Source: Octopus sinensis (taxonomy: Eukaryota). Taken from it: a stretch of 64,000 bases of DNA. The stretch lies in contig NC_043003.1 of NCBI RefSeq assembly GCF_006345805.1, positions 1,550,001 to 1,614,000 on the forward strand, given 5' to 3'. The position numbers and the translations under genes were made by a program. Shown one piece after another: positions 61,365 to 64,000 of this stretch. Below the pieces are notes generated by a model that was given only the letters and a program-made list of their open reading frames with translations, was not told the DNA's origin and made no database searches. Numbering within the stretch: position 1 is the stretch's first letter; each line of letters starts with the position of its first letter.

Positions 61365-63191
61365 TCATATGTTGTGGTGTGTACTAGTGTTCCATTCCAG
61401 TTTCCTCTTCAGGCTAGGTTTATCTTCTATTATGTGTGTAGCTTCTGTAATTTGTCTGATTGTTGCATCTGATCTATGTGTGGATAATATTTTAATTTCT
61501 ATATTGTTGATTGATCCCCCGTGTTCCTGTTCGGCGTGTTGGTACAGAATCGATGAGCTTTTACCTTCCTTGAGTTCTCTCCAATGTCCATTTACCCGCT
61601 CTCCTATGCTTCTTGCCGTTTCTCCAACGTATGTCGTTGTCTTGTTACTGCATCATCCATCTATACATCTTATACTATAGACTACATTTCTGGCTTTACA
61701 GTTTGTTTGTGGGCTAAATCTACATACAGTACAGTACTTATCCGTACAGGGGGTTCTACCGATTATAGATTTGATAGGGTTGCCTGGCTTTTCAACAACC
61801 TTAATCCTTAGCTTAAGTTGGTCTAGGGTCCTTCTAAAGCGGTACGCCAGTTCACCTCCGGGGGTGGTGTCAACGAACATGACACTCTGGTATTTATGGC
61901 TATCATACCAAGAGTTGGCCTTCCCTATTTTCTTCTTTGTCCTTTCTATAGTGTTCCATGACTTGTTCCTATAGAGTGGGCAAATTCCATTCCTATCATT
62001 ACATAATATATTATCAAATTTCTTCATGGCTCCTTTGTATACTCTGATCCTTTCTTTATGACTGTAACCTGAGAACTGCATGCGGTGAATGAAATATCGT
62101 ATGTGTTTCTTTAACTCTGTAGGCTCGCACATGCGTGACACATTTCTTATTATTCTGACGAGGTCTGCCATCAAAATATTGAATTTGGCATTGTCCGCAA
62201 TGGCTGAGTTCCGGTGGATCAAGTATTTTGAGGCCATAAGTTTGGCATAGTACGAATGAAGGATTTGGGTTTTATTATTCACAGTTTCTAGCCAGAGTTC
62301 TGTGTCTAGTACTGGTAGTCTATGGTTGGGTTGTTTAGTGGGGTAGTCTATTGTGACCTTAATACTCTGGTGGATGGAGTTAGCTATTTGCAGGATGCTC
62401 TCTATAGTATTAGTTTCTATTACTATATCAACATTACTCTCTTGTGGAGGTGCCTTTACCACTATGCTGATATCATCAACATAGCGAGAGTACATGTTTA
62501 CGAGTATGGAGTTCTGTGTTAGGCGTTCTTTAAGCCTTCTGTCCCACCATACCATGAAAAGGTTGGCCACATCACCAGCGATACTAACGCCGATGGCTGC
62601 CCCCTTGTCTTGGGCATATATTTTATTGTTAAACTTAAACGTGTGGCCTTTTAGGGTAACTCTTATACTAGCTCCTAGTGCATATGCGATCATTTTCTTT
62701 ACCTGATGGACATTTGCGGGGCTCCGTATGGCTCTGGTCCATCCGCGCCATCTCTCTATATGGGTCTTCCTAGCCATAGAAGTAATTGTGGGCGGTCTAC
62801 CTCTTAAACATCTACTGGGGCAAAAACTACTAAGACTATGTTTATCTAGGTATTCATTGTCACATGTCAGTCTAAGTAGGAGGCCCAGTTCCTCTGTGTT
62901 GACATTGCGGAACTCCACCTTGCTCTCGTTGATCATCTCCTCGCACTTCTCCACCGCAAAATCTACGTCGATCGATGGGTATAGGGATACCACATCCATG
63001 CTACTCACCATACATCCTGTCAGGTCACAAGTGTTGTTACAGTCATCGATCCTGCTGAGGAGATCTTCCGTGCTGTCACAAACATCAGGTGACATCCGGA
63101 TTATAGGGCGTATGGTCATTGAGAGGAAGTAGGAGATTCTGTAGTTGCTAGCGATATTCGCTCCACAGACTGGTCTTGTTGGTGGTCCTGC
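61365..63191 (-). pseudogene. PLE polyprotein (RT, thumb, Cys-rich linker, GIY-YIG endonuclease); N-terminus missing, one in-frame TGA at 61653-61655
   Basis: RPVCG, SMDVVSLYPSI, QDKGAAIG, YVDD (62472-62483), PVLDTELW, CTDKYCTVC, NVVYSIRCIDG*CSNKTTTYVGETARSIGERVNGH...HAEQEH...QITEATHI; final stop at 61365-61367. Confidence 0.92.
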
Positions 63192-63499
63192 TATTATTAT
63201 TATTATTATTACTAGTATTGTTGTTATACATACATACATACAAGCATACGTAATGATAATAATATGTGGATATAAACACATGAACAAAATAAGAATAAAC
63301 AACAACAACAAAAACAAATTACATAAACGTATATAAACAGAAGATACAAAGATTACAGGCACCCCCCCACACACACACACACTAAATAAACATAGACACA
63401 CATAGAGATATACGCATGCGCAAATGAAGACATACAATAGAAATACAAAATGGCTGATGGTTAGTAAGGAGAGACACAAATAAGTAAGAAGAAAACAAA

Positions 63500-63544
63500 G
63501 GACCACTGATGCGGTCACAGGAGTGTGACGAAAGAACTTTGGCC
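63500..63544 (+). ncRNA. Same hammerhead-like motif in the inverted 5' pLTR
   Basis: GGACCA-CTGATGC-G-GTCACA ggag TGTGAC-GAAAG AA CTT-TGGCC; 6-bp stem II 63514-63519/63524-63529. Confidence 0.55.
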
Positions 63545-64000
63545 GAAATAAGATTAAGATTAATGTAAAAAATAAATAACACTGAAGCAAAATAACACCA
63601 AATATATAGTGCGTGTGTTTTTATTGGCTAAACTGGCAAAATGACCATCCGAAATATAACAATATCTGTTTCAAAACACGACTTCACATAAAAAATCTTG
63701 CATAACAAATATATAAACGTATATATATTAGATTAGAGATAAAACCACTATTAGGCAAATCAAACAGTGAAAAACATAAACCAAAACATAGAAATAAAAT
63801 TAATTAATATAATATAGAAAATATATAAAATATAAAATTCAAAATTTAAATTATTTAAAGTTAAAATTTAAAAAATTTTAAATTATTAATTTATACTTAT
63901 AAATTTATATGTATATATATATATTTATTTATTTTTATTATTATTTTAATTTTTTTTAAATAAATATAACTATCAAAAAGTATTAAAAAGTTTAATATAA

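Larger units (their letters stand above)
60490..63659 (-). mobile_element. Penelope-like retroelement (PLE), 5'-truncated, with inverted partial pseudo-LTR; left boundary uncertain (60490 or ~60700)
   Basis: RT + C-terminal GIY-YIG on the minus strand; 60783-~61250 is the near-identical reverse complement of 63192-63659; hammerhead-like motifs in the terminal region. Confidence 0.92.

Noticed and set aside
61340-61370. ATGACGG...CCGAAAAC just after the PLE stop as a SECIS or hammerhead
   Set aside because: Lacks the CUGA core and stem I for a hammerhead, and lacks helix II complementarity for a SECIS
63192-63590. First ~133 aa of the 645-aa ORF (MLQCYLFF...IIIIII), and the twin + strand ORF 60853-61275, as a hydrophobic membrane domain
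   Set aside because: It is the inverted non-coding pLTR read through microsatellites; the open frame is a by-product of low-complexity sequence fused to the truncated RT

Overview
AT-rich, microsatellite- and transposon-dense eukaryotic DNA. The SINE/LINE repertoire points to a coleoid cephalopod, probably Octopus (inference). The one well-supported protein-coding gene is a LARGE xylosyl/glucuronyltransferase (LARGE1/2 pro-orthologue) on the + strand. It has 16 hand-assembled GT-AG coding exons from 31595 to 56335 (2184 nt, 727 aa + stop, frame continuous across all junctions) and two candidate upstream exons (20283-20426, 30222-30339). The rest is tRNA-derived SINEs, RTE-clade LINE fragments and their (GAT)n-tailed 3' UTRs, Tc1/mariner, piggyBac-like, hAT-like and Helitron-like non-autonomous elements, fold-back elements and microsatellites. 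The most unusual material is: (i) a young 5'-truncated Penelope-like retroelement (RT + GIY-YIG) with inverted ~470-bp pseudo-LTRs, one in-frame TGA inside the endonuclease zinc-finger region and variant hammerhead-ribozyme motifs; (ii) a tRNA-headed element carrying a near-canonical hammerhead, a candidate Penelope-mobilised SINE; (iii) a 20-copy 61-bp minisatellite with higher-order structure grown from an RTE 3' UTR. Repeat boundaries are read by eye (about +/-20 nt); exon boundaries were counted exactly. No prokaryotic features, rRNA, intact tRNA or CRISPR array were seen.
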